Source: Dendrobates tinctorius (lineage: Eukaryota). Taken from it: a stretch of DNA of 64,000 nucleotides. The number at the start of each line of letters is the position of its first letter. Position 1 is the first letter of the stretch. The position numbers and the translations under genes are program-made. Shown in pieces: positions 23,900 to 37,301 of the stretch. The notes under the pieces were generated by a model, which made no database searches, had not been told where the DNA came from, and was given only the letters and a program-made list of their open reading frames with translations. The stretch is from contig NW_027361912.1 in the NCBI RefSeq assembly GCF_039654945.1, positions 6,262,001 through 6,326,000 of the forward strand, written 5' to 3'.

Positions 23900-25955
23900 C
23901 TGGAGACAGAATAGAAGAACAATTGAGTAAAAGATACAGCCAAGATAAAAACCTAATTTAAAAAGGTTCTGAATCATGTAGACAACCCCCCTAAGGACAT
24001 CAGAGTTTGATGGAAGAACATGACCGTCCGCACAGAACCCGGACCTCAACCCATCCAACACCCTTGTGATGAACAAGACCGGAGATTGTGAGGGGGCAAG
24101 AATCCCAACAGATGCCTACAAAACCTTATAGAAAACCTTCGCAGAAGAGCGGGAATTGATGTTGCTACAAAGGGGGGGAACCGATTCCATATAATTCTCC
24201 ATGTATTTATAATAGAAGGTCACAAAAGAGGTCCTGTAGGTGTAATGTGGAGGGGGCATGTACTTTTATTCATTTATTATATCACTCAATCAATAAACAG
24301 AGAACAGCAAATAAAATGAATATAAATACATAAAAATGTATAAATTAAGGAGAAAAAAAAAAAGAATCAGTCTATTCCCCAAAAAATGTGCAATATTAGG
24401 CATTTTTGGGGACACATCACATTTGATGAGACATCAGGTGTTACCAAGAAGGGCGTACACCAATACTCCCGCCTCGCCAACAATTCTGTTGCACACTAAA
24501 ATCATTTTCCGTGGCTTTAATACAGAATTTCTGCACTTTATGCCATTACCGTCTGTGCATGGGGGCTGCTGAGTGTTTGTTCTTTCTGCACAATTCACAC
24601 ACGTGAGACATGTACGTAAAATGCAAAGAAGTGAATTTAAAAAAAAAAATAGGGTGGGCCTTTAATTTGTTTTTATACTATACAAATTGAGTAAAGGGTA
24701 TAAGAGAGGGCTGGAGGGGAACAGACGCCCCATGACGTCCTCGATTCTACAGTTTTGTTGTATGGCAGCTGTCTGGGAGAAGCCCCCGCTGGCACAGCAG
24801 CTGCTGACATAACCAGAGCCCCTCCTATAAACGAGGTAGCGGAAAACATATACAGAAATATCACTGTGAAGACCGGACACCACTGCAGTCACTGTATGGG
24901 AGGACGAGACCTTCTTGTGCTCCTCCGCCCAGAGATGGCGTGATCGGGGTCCAGTGCTGCTCATCTGCTCCGGCTGTGTAGCGTATCAGGAATATTATCA
25001 CATTTTTTGGGGGGGGGGTCGTGTTGTCATTTTCTAAGACCCGTAACATTTTTATTTTTTGGTCGATGGAACTTATTTTTTGTGGGGCGAAACAACGTTT
25101 TTATTAGTACCATTTTGGAACAGATGTGACTTTTTGATCGCTTGTTACAGCCTTTTTGTGTAATTGCGGAGACCAAAAAAAAAACAATTTTGCTTTTTTT
25201 CTGCATATAGCAAAAAATCACAGTCTCTTTCGAAGACCAGCTAAAGGCAGGGGTTGAAAGGAGCTACATAATGACAAACATGGAGGTCATCAGGGGACAT
25301 AACGTATTGGAGGCCTACGATCACGTCACAGGTGCGCCAATGGATGGAGATAATGACGTGCACACATGTCGGCGTGTGTTATATGCCGCTGGAAGATATT
25401 GGCAGCGGCATTTAACAGGTTAACAATCGCGGGCAGAGCAGTGCTCCGCTTGTAATTGTTAGCGGCAGGTCCTGGCTTTAATATACAGCCATCAACTGCC
25501 AGGTACATGTGCGACGGATGTTGTGCAGGGGTTAATAACCACCAAGGACCGAACGGCACAGGTGGGTCCCACTCGCTGCCATGGAGTGACAGGACTCCAT
25601 CCAGCTAATTGGTCAGCGTCATACAGGGAGAAAAGTCCACGCCTCCAGTGAAAACTATCTGATAACACCCACTTGGACTTCACTAACATTAACGCATTAT
25701 GTGCCAATATTTCATTTCTAATATCCACGCAACTGAGAAGCGAAATTAGAAAAAAAAAGTAGAAAAAAAACATATTCCGCTCTGCGGCCACTATTACATG
25801 GTGTGTGCGGTTTAACATGAAACAATTGGTGATTGGTCCTCCTTTAGTAGGAAATCAATATGACAATATTTTAGATTTGAACACACGATCCATTGATCAC
25901 AATGATAATGCTCTGCATTTAGTATGTAGTGGAGAACAATATTAACCCTGTAAAA

Positions 25956-26321
25956 GGCCTTTTACACTTAGCGATATCGCTTAAGCGCCACCGATTTTGT
26001 GGCGCAACAGCGATATCGCTAGTGAACTCGCTACATGTGACACTCACCTCAGACCACCCCCCCCCCCCCCCACCGGATATCGCCGATCGAGCGAGATCGT
26101 CCTGGTCCATTTCTCATTGTCGGCTTCCTGCTGGCGCATGGATGCGGGCGGAAGCTGTCACCATCGCTGCGTGAGACAGGTAAGTAACGACCGCCGCTGC
26201 GTCGCTGGTGAGACCTGCCTGTTTGGCAGCTCACTAGCGACCATTTAGCGATGCACCAGCGATCCCGACCGGGTCGTATCGTTGTTGGGATCGCTGGTGC
26301 ATCGCTAAATTTAACAGGACC
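25956..26321. mobile_element. MITE of the GG...CACTTAGCGA family, reversed relative to the copies at 33481 and 36881
   Basis: Degenerate TIRs; AGCGAT/ATCGCT-rich body homologous to the other two copies. Confidence 0.7.
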
Positions 26322-26899
26322 TTAAGAGTTATACCGATACGCAGCCAGACATGATACATTAGACTTTGATGACCTTAGAGCACACCCCACTGTTAGGCCT
26401 ATGTTTGCCATAGATACCATCAACTTCTGGACATCACTCTGCGGAGAGACAATGGAGTGACAGATGGAGCAATCTTCCTTTGTCACACTCTTTCCGTGCC
26501 GCTATTGACCATGGCATGTTAAGACTTGGTAATTGAGCTCTGAAAACCTTGAAAGCTCTTAAGTCTTTCTACTACATCTCCTAGTAGTGTCAGGATCATA
26601 ATCTCATGGTGAATAACCAAATCACTGCCTTTTGTGGCATGTCCATTCGGAAAAGTTAGTGAGCTGAAGGAATATGGCTAAATCACTTGTACTAAGAATA
26701 AACATATGTTCTGTTGCATAATCCATGATCTCAATGTCCGGAAAAAACGGTTTCAATGTGCTATGAAAATTAGCTGTTCGGACATTGGTTGGCAGAGCAC
26801 CTTCTCTTGGGCAGTCAAGAGATCTCAGAAAAAAAGATTCAGCATTATTCTATGGTGTAAGTAAGAAAGAGAAGTCAGGAGGGCCAACAGATGACTAAC

Positions 26900-26998
26900 C
26901 TTGACCGTCTCGTACCAGCTTGGCTGCTTGACCTGATAGTAAACCACAGATTTATACTCGGGTAGTCCATCCTGTCCAGCTCCAGGAACGATGGCTTT
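26900..26998 (-). CDS. dock5: DOCK5 exon ~15 (KAIVPGAG...[20 protein letters not shown])
   Basis: AG/GT boundaries, 99 nt. Confidence 0.95.
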
Positions 26999-27077
26999 CT
27001 AAAAAGAATGAAGAGCCTTTAGAGTCCCCCTCTTGGCACCAGGAGAAAATGCTCAATGTACAAAGCTCAGACTGTAC

Positions 27078-27202
27078 CTCCAGTAAATTACCATCCTGGT
27101 CATGGACAGATATCGTCACCTCCACATTTTTCTGAGTTTTCTTTTTGCCCTTGTCAAACTCCCCCTGGATAAGAGTCATATAAATGTCGTTGCGAACATC
27201 TC
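27078..27202 (-). CDS. dock5: DOCK5 exon ~14 (DHR-1 start; [28 protein letters not shown])
   Basis: AG/GT boundaries, 125 nt. Confidence 0.95.
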
Positions 27203-27279
27203 CTACAAAAGATCAGAATGGAGAAACGTGTCATGGACCAGTATTATGATAAGCTATGGGCAAATGCACCAATATGTAC

Positions 27280-27405
27280 CGGGCAGGATGATCTCTGGGA
27301 AACCCATCTTCCGGGCGACCGCAGTAGATCTGTCCACCAGATGAGAATATTCTTTCTGCACTTGATGCAAGTCTCCAGGAAGAAGCTTCAAAGAAATCCA
27401 GAGTC
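27280..27405 (-). CDS. dock5: DOCK5 exon ~13 ([12 protein letters not shown]...[13 protein letters not shown])
   Basis: AG/GT boundaries, 126 nt. Confidence 0.95.
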
Positions 27406-27889
27406 CTACAGCCAAGGAACAGGGATGGAAAGGTCTACTGAGAACGACACAGCATATCCCTGATTCTACCCATGTAGGTTGTCCCCAAGAATCCCGAAAG
27501 CCCTTATGTCCAGAACAATATGGAGGAATGTTTGGAAGAAGATCTAGTGATTTTGACTTTTGTAGGTCCTTACTCATGGCCTAAGCCGCCCACGATTTAG
27601 AAAGCGTATGGTGGCATCTGGCTATTCCCCAAAGGATCGGGTATATTGAATTCTGATATGCTCCATCCTTAATTCTGAAGGGCGATAAGCTGGGTACGAG
27701 TATGCTGGTGGATCAGTGGGGAATAGCTGTTGGATAGGTGGACATTTCAGAAAATGTGGACAATTCAAAACAAATATGTACATTTTGGATATTATTGCTG
27801 CTTTTCATGTCATCTTTATAACCAGATCATGCTTAGACAACCCATGTCTGTCTGTGCACATGAGCGGAGTCTGACCCAAACATTCTAAA

Positions 27890-28095
27890 NNNNNNNNNNN
27901 NNNNNNNNNNNNNNNNNNNNNNNNNNNNNNNNNNNNNNNNNNNNNNNNNNNNNNNNNNNNNNNNNNNNNNNNNNNNNNNNNNNNNNNNNNNNNNNNNNNN
28001 NNNNNNNNNNNNNNNNNNNNNNNNNNNNNNNNNNNNNNNNNNNNNNNNNNNNNNNNNNNNNNNNNNNNNNNNNNNNNNNNNNNNNNNNNNNNNNN
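27890..28095. other. Assembly gap (206 N) in a dock5 intron
   Basis: Run of N; the flanking exons join in phase, so no coding exon appears to be missing. Confidence 0.99.
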
Positions 28096-28163
28096 ACTGA
28101 ATTGGAAGTGGTTTTTTTTTTTTTTTTGGAATAATGATCCTTTCAAAGAAGATGGGCACTTAA

Positions 28164-30120
28164 AGGGGTATTCCCATCTCCAAGATCTCATCCCAATAAG
28201 TACAAAAATTATGGAATCCCCGGCCTTGGAGGATGTTCATTCAGTTGTTTAATTTTGTAGAAAAAAGCAGATCACAGACATGACACAAAACTAAACTCAT
28301 TTCAAATGGCAACTTTCTGGCTTTAAGAAACACTAAAAGAAATCAAGATCAAAAAATGTGGTAGTCAGTAATGGTTACTTTTTTAGACCAAGCATAGGGA
28401 AAAAATTATGGAATCACTTAATTCTGTGGGAAAAAATTATGGAATCACCCTGTAAATTTTCCTTCCCAAAACTAACACCTGCATCAAATTAGATTTGCTC
28501 CAACATGAGAGATGTCAATTGAAACAAAGAAGAGGATTATTAAACTCCAAAAGAGGGTAAATCATCACGCAATGTTGCAAAAGATGTTGGTTGTTCACAG
28601 TCAGCTGAGTCTAAAATCTGGACCAAATACAAACAACATGGGAAAGTTGTTAAAGGCAAACATACTGGCAGACCTAGGAAGACATCAAAGCGTCAAGACG
28701 AGAAACTTAAAGCAATATGTCTCCAAAACAGGAAATGCACAACATAACAAATGAAGAACGAATGGGAGGAAACTGGAGTCAACGTCTGTGACCGAACTGT
28801 AAGAAACCGCCTAAAGGGGATGGGATTTACATACAGAAAAGCTAAACGACAGCCATCATTAACACCTAAATAGAAAAAAATAAGGTTACAATGGGCTAAG
28901 GAAAAGCAATCGTGGACTGTGGATGACTGGATGAAAGTCATATTCAGTGATGAATCGCGAATCTGCATTGGGCAAGGTGATGATGCTGGAACTTTTGTTT
29001 GGTGCCGTTCCAATGAGATTTATAAAGATGACTGCCTGAAGAGAACATGCAAATTTCCACAGTCATTGATGATATGGGGCTCCATGTCTGGTAAAGGCAA
29101 TGAGGAGATGGCTGTCATTACATCTTCAATAAATGAGCAAGTTTATGTTGATATTTTGGACACTTTTCTTATCCCATCAATTGAAAGGATGTTTGGGGAT
29201 GATGAAATCATTTTTCAAGATGATAATGCATCCTGCCATAGAGCAAAAAGTGAAAACATTCCTTGAAAAAAAGACACCTAAGGTCAATGTCACGGGCCTG
29301 CAAATAGTCCGGATCTCAATCCAATTGAAAATCTTTGGTGGAAGTTGAAGAAAATGGTCCATGACAAGGCTCCAACCTGCAAAGCTGATCTGGCAACAGC
29401 AATCAGAGAACGTTGGAGCCAGATTGATGAAGAGTACTGTTCGACACTCATTAAGTCCATGCCTCAGAGACTGCAAGCTGTTATAAAAGCCAGAGGTGGT
29501 GCAACAAGTACTAGTGATGTGTTGGAGTGTTTTTGTTTGTTTGTTTTTCATGATTCCATAAGTTTTTCCCACAGAATTGATTGGCTCCATAATTTTTTCC
29601 CTCTGCTTGGTCTAAAAAACTAACCATTACTGGCTACCACTTTTTTTGTTCTTGATTTATTTTAGTGTTTCTTAAAGCCAGAAAGTTGCCATTTGAACTG
29701 ACTTTAGTTTTGTGCCATGTCTGTGATCTGCTTTTTTCTACAAAATTAAACAACTGAATGAACATCCACCAAGGCCGGTGATTCCATAATTTTTGCCAGG
29801 GGTTGTAGCAAGTGTAATAAAACTAATATGAGCAAATACATTCAATTAGAAATGTAGTATAGTTCTTATGATTCGCTATGTCACATACCCCACGTGCAGG
29901 GCGTTGCAGTAGCTTAGGTATCCATGGTTACGACCACTAACAAATAACTGTCACTATATCAGTGGTCATAGCCAAGTTTCTGCAATGCCCTGCACATGGG
30001 GTAAGCGACACAGCGAATCAGAAGAACTATACTACATTTCTAATTGAAGGTATTTGCTAATATTACTATTATTACTTCTACCACATATTGGGATGGGATC
30101 TTGGAGATGAGAATACCCCT
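28164..30120. mobile_element. T2/Kolobok-like MITE interrupted by the Tc1 at 28203-29805
   Basis: TTAA|AGGGGTATTCCCATCTCCAAGATC...GATCTTGGAGATGAGAATACCCCT|TTAA; palindromic body. Confidence 0.85.
28203..29805 (+). mobile_element. Decayed Tc1 element (stop and frameshifts) nested in a T2-like MITE
   Basis: Long TIRs and TA flanks; [31 protein letters not shown] remnants. Confidence 0.9.
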
Positions 30121-30180
30121 TTAAGGAACGGTTTTACTGCATTTTCATTGGTTCACGCCGGCCTGTATGAGAGTCCATAC

Positions 30181-30323
30181 CCTGCCCCTTGTGGCTGACT
30201 TCCTTGGCTGCGATCACCTTGTTGTAAATGGTGGTTAGTGGTTCATTCTCTGCCAATACCCGGGAGCTGCTCAGAGGAGACATGATGAGCGGCCGCTGAC
30301 TGATATAATTCTCCTTGGCCATT
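30181..30323 (-). CDS. dock5: DOCK5 exon ~12 (MAKENYISQRPLIMSP...NKVIAAKEVSHKGQG)
   Basis: AG/GT boundaries, 143 nt; LIMSPL segment is typical of DOCK5. Confidence 0.93.
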
Positions 30324-30396
30324 CTGATGAGAAACACGAGCACATGTAACCGGCCTTTAGAAAGAAGCTGCATGTTTTAATAAGCAGGTAACTTAC

Positions 30397-30469
30397 GGAT
30401 GATAAGGGACAAAATGTTGCTTCTCCTCGTCATCTACTTTTCCGTGGATCACGTCGGAGATATCCATTA
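30397..30469 (-). CDS. dock5: DOCK5 exon ~11 (MDISDVIHGKVDDEEKQHFVPYH)
   Basis: AG/GT boundaries, 73 nt. Confidence 0.93.
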
Positions 30470-30889
30470 CTGGCAAATAAAAGGAGGAAGATGGTTAATT
30501 TGGTCCTCCAGCTCTCATAAGACTGGGGGGTTCCCAACATCCACTGGGTGAGTGGAGAACCAGTGAGCATGTGCGACCATTCCCAGCCTGTACAGTGGTG
30601 GTCGCACATGCTCACTACTGCTCCATTTTCCCTCTTCTTTGGGATCAGTGGGGGTCCCGGCAGTCAGACCCCACTGATTATACATTTATCATCTATCATG
30701 TGTTATTTATGTGGCAACCCATGTCAGGTCACAAGTTTTGATTAGCAGTGGGGGGGGGGGGGGGGGGGGGGGGGGAGTCCTGGTGATGAGACTCCTACCG
30801 GTTGCGGAAATTAACAGTCAGGGGCAATCAGTTGACATTTCTTTCACAATCACTTAAAAATATGGGCAAATCTGGGAGTATTTTATTAC

Positions 30890-31355
30890 TTAAAGTGTAA
30901 CCCTCGTTATTATTTTTATTACATAAATAAAAAGTACATATGAAAATAAAGAAACTGTGTAATATATCTTATCAGAGAAATCTGATTAGTTCTCCTCCTG
31001 GACTGATGTCTTTCAGTTCATGGGAAGAATCTGTATTCAGTGAAGACAGATTAACCCATTATTGAGATAGGAGATAACAGTTGGTGCTTATAAGATTCTA
31101 TGGAGAGGGAGGAGCTAGAGGCCGACAGACAATCTACTGAAAGGCTAGCTACCGTTCTCCATAGAACCTTATAAGCACCAACTGTCATCTCCGATTTCAC
31201 TCATGGGAAAATCTGTAGTCACTGCAGACAGATTTTTACCTATGAACTAGGAGTGACAAATCAGTCCTGGAAGAGAAAGAATCCGATTTCTCTGATAAGA
31301 TGTATTACAAACAGTCTTATTTTCATATGTACTAATGACCTATGAAATAAAGATG
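30890..31355. mobile_element. Palindromic T2-like MITE
   Basis: TTAAAG start; inverted arms (TCTTATCAGAGAAATC / GATTTCTCTGATAAGA) centred near 31110. Confidence 0.65.
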
Positions 31356-31821
31356 ATAATGCATGTATATTTGGCTAAGAACTTTTTTTTTTTTTTTTTG
31401 TAATTGGATGTTATTAAAAAAATTTGCAACGTGTTCCTTCTATATAGCCTTGGTGTTGTGCAGTCTATCGCTGGCTGGAAAATGAGGTGACTGAAAATTC
31501 ATCAGTGTGCTCGCTCTGACAGTAGAGTTTAGAACTTTTATCTTCTTTCTTTTGAGCTCCTCTATGTTGTTTTATAACGACAAAGTTAGGTTCAACCTTA
31601 TTAGTGTTCATAAATCAACACAGAGGAGATCAAAAAAAAAAAAAAAAAGGAAAATAGTTACAAACTCTCCGGTCAAAACGAGCTCACCGGCAGAATGTCA
31701 GTGAACTAATTTTACAACCAGCAATAGACAGTGGAACAAAGAGGCTACAGAAACCAAATGAGTCAAAATTTACAACGAAACCCAAAAGCAAAAGTGATTT
31801 TTAGCCCAAAAGTCGCGCATT

Positions 31822-32280
31822 TTAAGGGTTATTCCCATCTTCATAGATGGAAATTTTTCGATAATGATTGTAAACACAAGCACTTTTGCAATTTACCAGG
31901 TGTTAAAATTTGCAGCCGTTCTTGAGATATTAACACATTTTGACCTAGTTGCCTAGGAGACCGACCACCTCTGCTGTTTAGCTTCTAAGCAGTGCATTAA
32001 AAATGGCCAGGATTAGGAGATAACACGCGCTCCAGCGATCCGGGACAGAGTCAAAAAGAATGTTTAAAAGCTCAATAGAAAAGAGCTTGTAAGCACTGTG
32101 CATGTTCTGCTGCCTAGCAGCGGTGGCCGGTATCCAAGGTGATGAGTTGTGAACAAAAGAAAAATGTTAATATCTCAAGACTGGCTCAAAATTTTAAAAA
32201 GCAGTAAATTGAAAAATTGCTTGTATTTACATGTATTATCTGACAATAAGCAAATCTGGAAGATGAGATTAACCCCTTAA
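31822..32280. mobile_element. T2/Kolobok-like MITE
   Basis: TTAAGGGTTATTCCCATCTTC...GAAGATGAGATTAACCCCTTAA. Confidence 0.7.
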
Positions 32281-32349
32281 AGTAAAAAAAATAAAAAAAA
32301 GTTGCCCCGAAGATGTATATATCCAGTAAATATGTACCGGTCAGTTTAC

Positions 32350-32479
32350 CTGCAACACCGAAGGGACGTCTCAGGCCAAATGTATGTTTCTTCCCATCCT
32401 TCATTTCCATGTGTCCTACCCGTACGATCTGACACACAAGACTGATCCGAGGACGGATTAAATCCAGACTGCTGAGGTC
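32350..32479 (-). CDS. dock5: DOCK5 exon ~10 ([43 protein letters not shown])
   Basis: AG/GT boundaries, 130 nt; DLIRPR and [13 protein letters not shown] are DOCK5-like. Confidence 0.95.
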
Positions 32480-32945
32480 CTGAAGAGGAGAGAGGTCAAA
32501 ACTAGAATGAAAAACAAAACGGATCTGGTTCAAGATCAACAGGGAAGGCAGAAAAGGAAGAAACTAGCAGACAACATGGAAGACGCTTGATAATAAAGGG
32601 CAATAACAATTCAGGGGAAAGGTCATGGATGGAATATCTTGGAATTCACGTCTGATGGAAAGTAAAAGTCGGCGAGACTGAGCTTTATCCTGAAAGTTTA
32701 AATTAGGAAAACTACGGCAAGTCAAGATGGAGAGACCCCAAAAGACCCCCAGAAGAAGGTCAGTGTGTAACCTGGTAGAGGACTCTACCCCATCCTGACC
32801 ACATACACATGCCTGTAAGCTTTAGCCGGGCGTACGTGTTCTCAAAAGGGAAAGAGTAAATCCCTGTCGGAAACCTACAGTTGAAACTTGAGAAAAGTAA
32901 TGATTGGACATATTGAATTTCAGCATACCCAATCCCCTTCTTCCC

Positions 32946-34332
32946 CATATACAGAATGGGAGGAATAGGCCTAAGCAACAGCACATGTGAAAAAGACTTG
33001 GGTATACTAATAGATCACAGACTGAATATGAGTCAACAGTGTGATGCAGCAGCAAAAAAGGCAAATGCAATTCTAGGATGTATTAACAGAAGCATACAGT
33101 CTAGATCACGTGAAGTGATTATTTCCTTCTACTCCTCTTTGGTCAGACCTCATCTGGAATATTGTGTCCAGTTTTGGGCACCACATTTTAAAAAAGACAT
33201 CAACAAACTGGAGCAAGTTCAGAATAGAGCGACCAGAATAGTGACCGGTCTGCAAGCCCTGTCTTATGAGGAAAGGTTGCAGGATTTGGGATTGTTTAGA
33301 TTGCAGAAGAGAAGACTGAGAGGAGACTTAATAGCTGTCTACAAATATCTCAAGGGCTGTCACATTGTAGAAGGATCAACTTTATTCTCATTTGCACAAG
33401 GAAAGACTAGAAGCAATGGGATGAAACTGAATGGGAGGAGACACAGATTAGATATTAGAAAAAAACTTTTTGAAAGTTAAGGCCCCGTCACACTAAGCGA
33501 CTCACCAGCGATCCCGACACCGATATCAAGGTGTCAGGATCGCTGGTAAGTCGCTATGTGATCGCTGGTGAGCTGTCACACAGACAGCTTCACCAGTGAT
33601 CAGCACAGCGATGCCGAGCGCCCGGCATCGCTGGCTATCACTGTGGAAAATAGTATCAAAATAAAAAATATAGTTATTCTCACCTTCCGACGTCCCGTTT
33701 AGCCATCCCGCCTCTCTCCACGCTCCGGTCCCAGTGATCCTTTGCACGAATGACCGCGAGATGTCACGGTCTCGCGGAATAACAAAGTCTCGCGGTCATT
33801 CATGCAAAGGATCACTGGGACCGGAGCGTGGAGAGAGGCAGGATGGCTAAACGGGACGTCGGAAGGTGAGAATAACTATATTTTTTATTTTTTTTATTAT
33901 TTTTTTACACCTGATCGCTGGTCTCCCGCTGTCACACACAGCGATGCGTGCTGGCCAGCGGGAGACCTGCGACCAAAGAAATGTCCAGAGGTTTCTTGCA
34001 GCGATCAGCGATACCGGCAGGGGGGCCGCTCGCTGATCGCTGTCACACACAGCGATCTCGCTGGTGAGATCGCCGTTACGTCACAAAAGTTGTGACTCAG
34101 CAGCGATCTCGCTACCGAGATTGCTTAGTGAGACGGGGCCTCTAGAGTGATCAATGAGTGGAACAAGCTGCCACGAGAAGTGGTGAGTTCTCCTTCAGTG
34201 GAAGTCTTCAAACAGAGGCTGGACAGACATCTGACTGGGATGATTTAGCGAATCCTGCTTTGAGCAGGGGGTTGGACCAGATGGCCCAGGAGGTCCCCTC
34301 CAACTCTACGATTCTATGATTCTATGATTCTA
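32946..34332 (+). mobile_element. Second 5'-truncated CR1 of the same family, split by a MITE at 33481-34140
   Basis: Nearly identical to 6274-6980; homology resumes at ~34143; (ATTCTATG)n tail at 34311-34332. Confidence 0.92.
33481..34140. mobile_element. MITE with a palindromic core, inserted into CR1
   Basis: GGCCCCGTCACACTAAGC...GCTTAGTGAGACGGGGCC; the CR1 sequence is continuous across it. Confidence 0.88.
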
Positions 34333-35233
34333 CTCCTGCATCTGCCCAAGGAATCCAATATAAACAACAGAAAGAAGCCGGCGTCTCTAATAAAATCGTG
34401 ACAACTTTACTACATTTTCCTTAACGCTTTCGACTTGAACAGTCTGAATCGTAAAGTCGAAATGCGTCAGCATCAGAACACTGGCCTGATTTTACCAAGC
34501 TACCAAGATTTTATCGGAGAAGTTGGCTTTTTTATTGCTATATTGGATTTATTTGCCCAGGACGAAGGCCTTGAAGGATCTCCGAAAACCTATGCGATGG
34601 TGGATGCCTTCACCGGTGAGCTCATCTAGTTATCGGCCCAAAGAAACTTGGCGAAAAATCTAACACCTGCTAGATGGTCAGCCGGTCCCTATGAATATCA
34701 GGACCGAAGAACCTAGTGTGTATGGCCACCTTTAGGATGGACAGTAAGAAAGTTCACTCTTGATAAAGATGATCAGGAGAACGAGGAAGACAAAGGTGTT
34801 AAACTAGAGGAGAAAAAAAAATAACGAATACCCCCGAAAGGCTAAAATAATAAATTACATAGAAACATGTTAATGTCCAATTTTAATAGTGACCACTATG
34901 AACAATTATGAAAGTATTGGGCATGTTTGCTTTTCAATATGCCCAGTTCTTTTATTACCCCCTATGGGGATGTGTCTGCCAGCAGCTAAAATAAAAGAAG
35001 ACATGATGAAAGAATCAGTAAATGCAAGAATCGCTTAGATCTCGGCCATGGATGATCAGGACAGATCTGGTCACTAATGAGAGCCACCATTAATGATGGC
35101 CGGCCCGAACTCTCTTCCATCAGGGGATCCCCAGATTGGAAATTGGTGGAGGCCCATAAATGCAAACAATATACAGAAAGGAGAAGAATGGAAGGATCAT
35201 AGAAAACGAAGGAGGAGTTGGGGTAATACTCAC

Positions 35234-35315
35234 TGTGAACACGGCCTGCAGGTTGTTTAGTTTCTCGATCTCCTTTGGCATACCTGAGCTGCTCCATCGG
35301 ACCAGGTAATTCTCA
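35234..35315 (-). CDS. dock5: DOCK5 exon ~9 ([27 protein letters not shown])
   Basis: AG/GT boundaries, 82 nt; inside ORF 35120..35395. Confidence 0.95.
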
Positions 35316-35407
35316 CTGCAAGCACAGAGATCAGGCACAGAATCAGCACGTTTTGCTTTTTTTGCAATAAGATATTTGCATTTATGTAATCTCATTTACG
35401 GCCTTAC

Positions 35408-35565
35408 CTGATGAAGTGGGAACTGTCCGGGTCATACAGACACATCAGTAATTCGGCATCCTCCCCCATGTTACACACAAAGTTCTTGAGGTTGACATAC
35501 AGGCTGTAGGTGTGAGCCAAATGCAGCATGGCGGGACTGCGGCAATCCAGGGGCTGCAGCTGGGA
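35408..35565 (-). CDS. dock5: DOCK5 exon ~8 (SQLQP...[30 protein letters not shown])
   Basis: AG/GT boundaries, 158 nt. Confidence 0.93.
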
Positions 35566-36880
35566 CTGATGGGGAAAAGCACAACCAGAAAGCTAAAAAC
35601 TAAACTAAAAATGAAATATGACTTATTTTTTTATACTGTTCACATTTCACTCTAAATAACCCATTCAAATACACACATATGGCATATGCTAAAACAACTA
35701 CCATAACGTCATCTTCACTTTTTTATGAGTCTCCCTGGGACTTGAACCCATGACTTATAACATTGCAGGCGGGAGATAAAGCTATTAAGCCACAGGATTC
35801 AGTAGATACAGTATATACACACACACATACATATATGAGAGATAATATGCAATGTGCTGGGGATTCATTCTGCTCTTGCTGGATTGCAGGAGCAAAGTGA
35901 TGAAGCCCTGACATCAAAGCAATGCAGATGCTTCTGCGTTCTCAGGACATTAGTAGCTAGCAAATTCCCATCTACTGTCACATGGATGGACTGAAAATTC
36001 ACAAGCTGGGTAAGATGGTCAATTTATTGTAGCTGTATCTCTCTCACCATCTGTCTATACTTACTTAGTCCAAGAGTGATTCTCATGCACCACTGAGAGC
36101 CGGACCCCGACCGATCAGACAGTGATCCCCTACAACCTCCATAAAAATCACATGATGGAATACAATTCAGCTAGACGAGTGAAACAACGTTTGGGCCCAA
36201 AGGGGACTTCTCCAACCCAGAGGTGCAACAATGACTGTAATTTTTATTGTCTCACTTGAAAAAGGCCGAAACGTTGCTTGACTCATCTACAGTACCTCAA
36301 TTGTACTGCACCATGTGGCTGGAATAAAGGTTATGCTTTATCCCCCTTTTCTCTGGAGCCTCAGAATCTTGGATTTTCTCGGTCTATACTTCTTTATCAG
36401 AGCAGGGAGAAAGTAAAGGGCTGAACATTAAACAAATAAACAGCACTAACTCTTTTCTTATAACCCCTTCCCAATATCCGCCAGATATGCACAGCAGGGG
36501 GTTTCTGTAACCCTCCATAATAAATGCGCCATGGTGTTATGGTGCAGGCTAAGCCATCTGGGCCTTTCCCATTTGCAGAGACGGGTATATGGTACAGCCG
36601 ATACTTTGTAGATAACTCACAAACTGTCAACTCCTTAGATGCCACAGTCAGTAACGACAGCGGCATCTAAGCAGTTAGAGAAAGGGAGAGAGTGTTCCAA
36701 AGGTTTCCATGGCAGCATGATACACCAGTGATGACGTGATCGCAAAATTAAGTTAAAAAAAAATAATAATATACAAAAATAGAAAAGAATCCAAGTAAAA
36801 AGAAACAATAATTTAAAATTTTCCTTTAATATTGGAAAAAAAATAAACAATTACAGGAGTAAATATGTGTATAGGAGTAA

Positions 36881-37301
36881 GGGTTCCGTCTCACTTAGTG
36901 ACGCACCAGTGATCCCGACAATGATGCGACCTGTCAGGATCGCTGGTGCGTCGCTGCATGATCGCTGGTGAGCTGCCAAACAGGCAGACTCACCAGCGAT
37001 CAGGACCAGCGAGGACGCTGGTATCCAGGGTAAATAGCGGGTAACTAAGTGCACGCGTGACTTAGTTACCCACTGTGTACCCTGGATACCAGCTCCCAGC
37101 GTCTGCTTACAGCGCTGGGAGCTCGCTGATCGTTGGTCTCCCGCTGCCACACGCGATGCGTGCTGGCCAGCGGGAGACCAACGATCAAAAAATGGCCCAG
37201 GATATTCCTGCACGATCAGTGAAACGCGGCGGGGGGGCCGGTCGCTGATGCGTGCCACACACAGCGAGATCGTTAGCGATTTCGCTTAGTGTGAAGTACC
37301 C
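36881..37301. mobile_element. MITE with the same shell as 33481-34140 but a different core
   Basis: Both arms align by eye with the 33481 element. Confidence 0.8.

Noticed and set aside
27805-28191. ORFs spanning the N run
   Set aside because: Artefacts of the assembly gap.
30750-30775. 26-nt poly-G as a functional G-quadruplex
   Set aside because: Simple homopolymer; its length is unreliable in assemblies and there is no supporting context.
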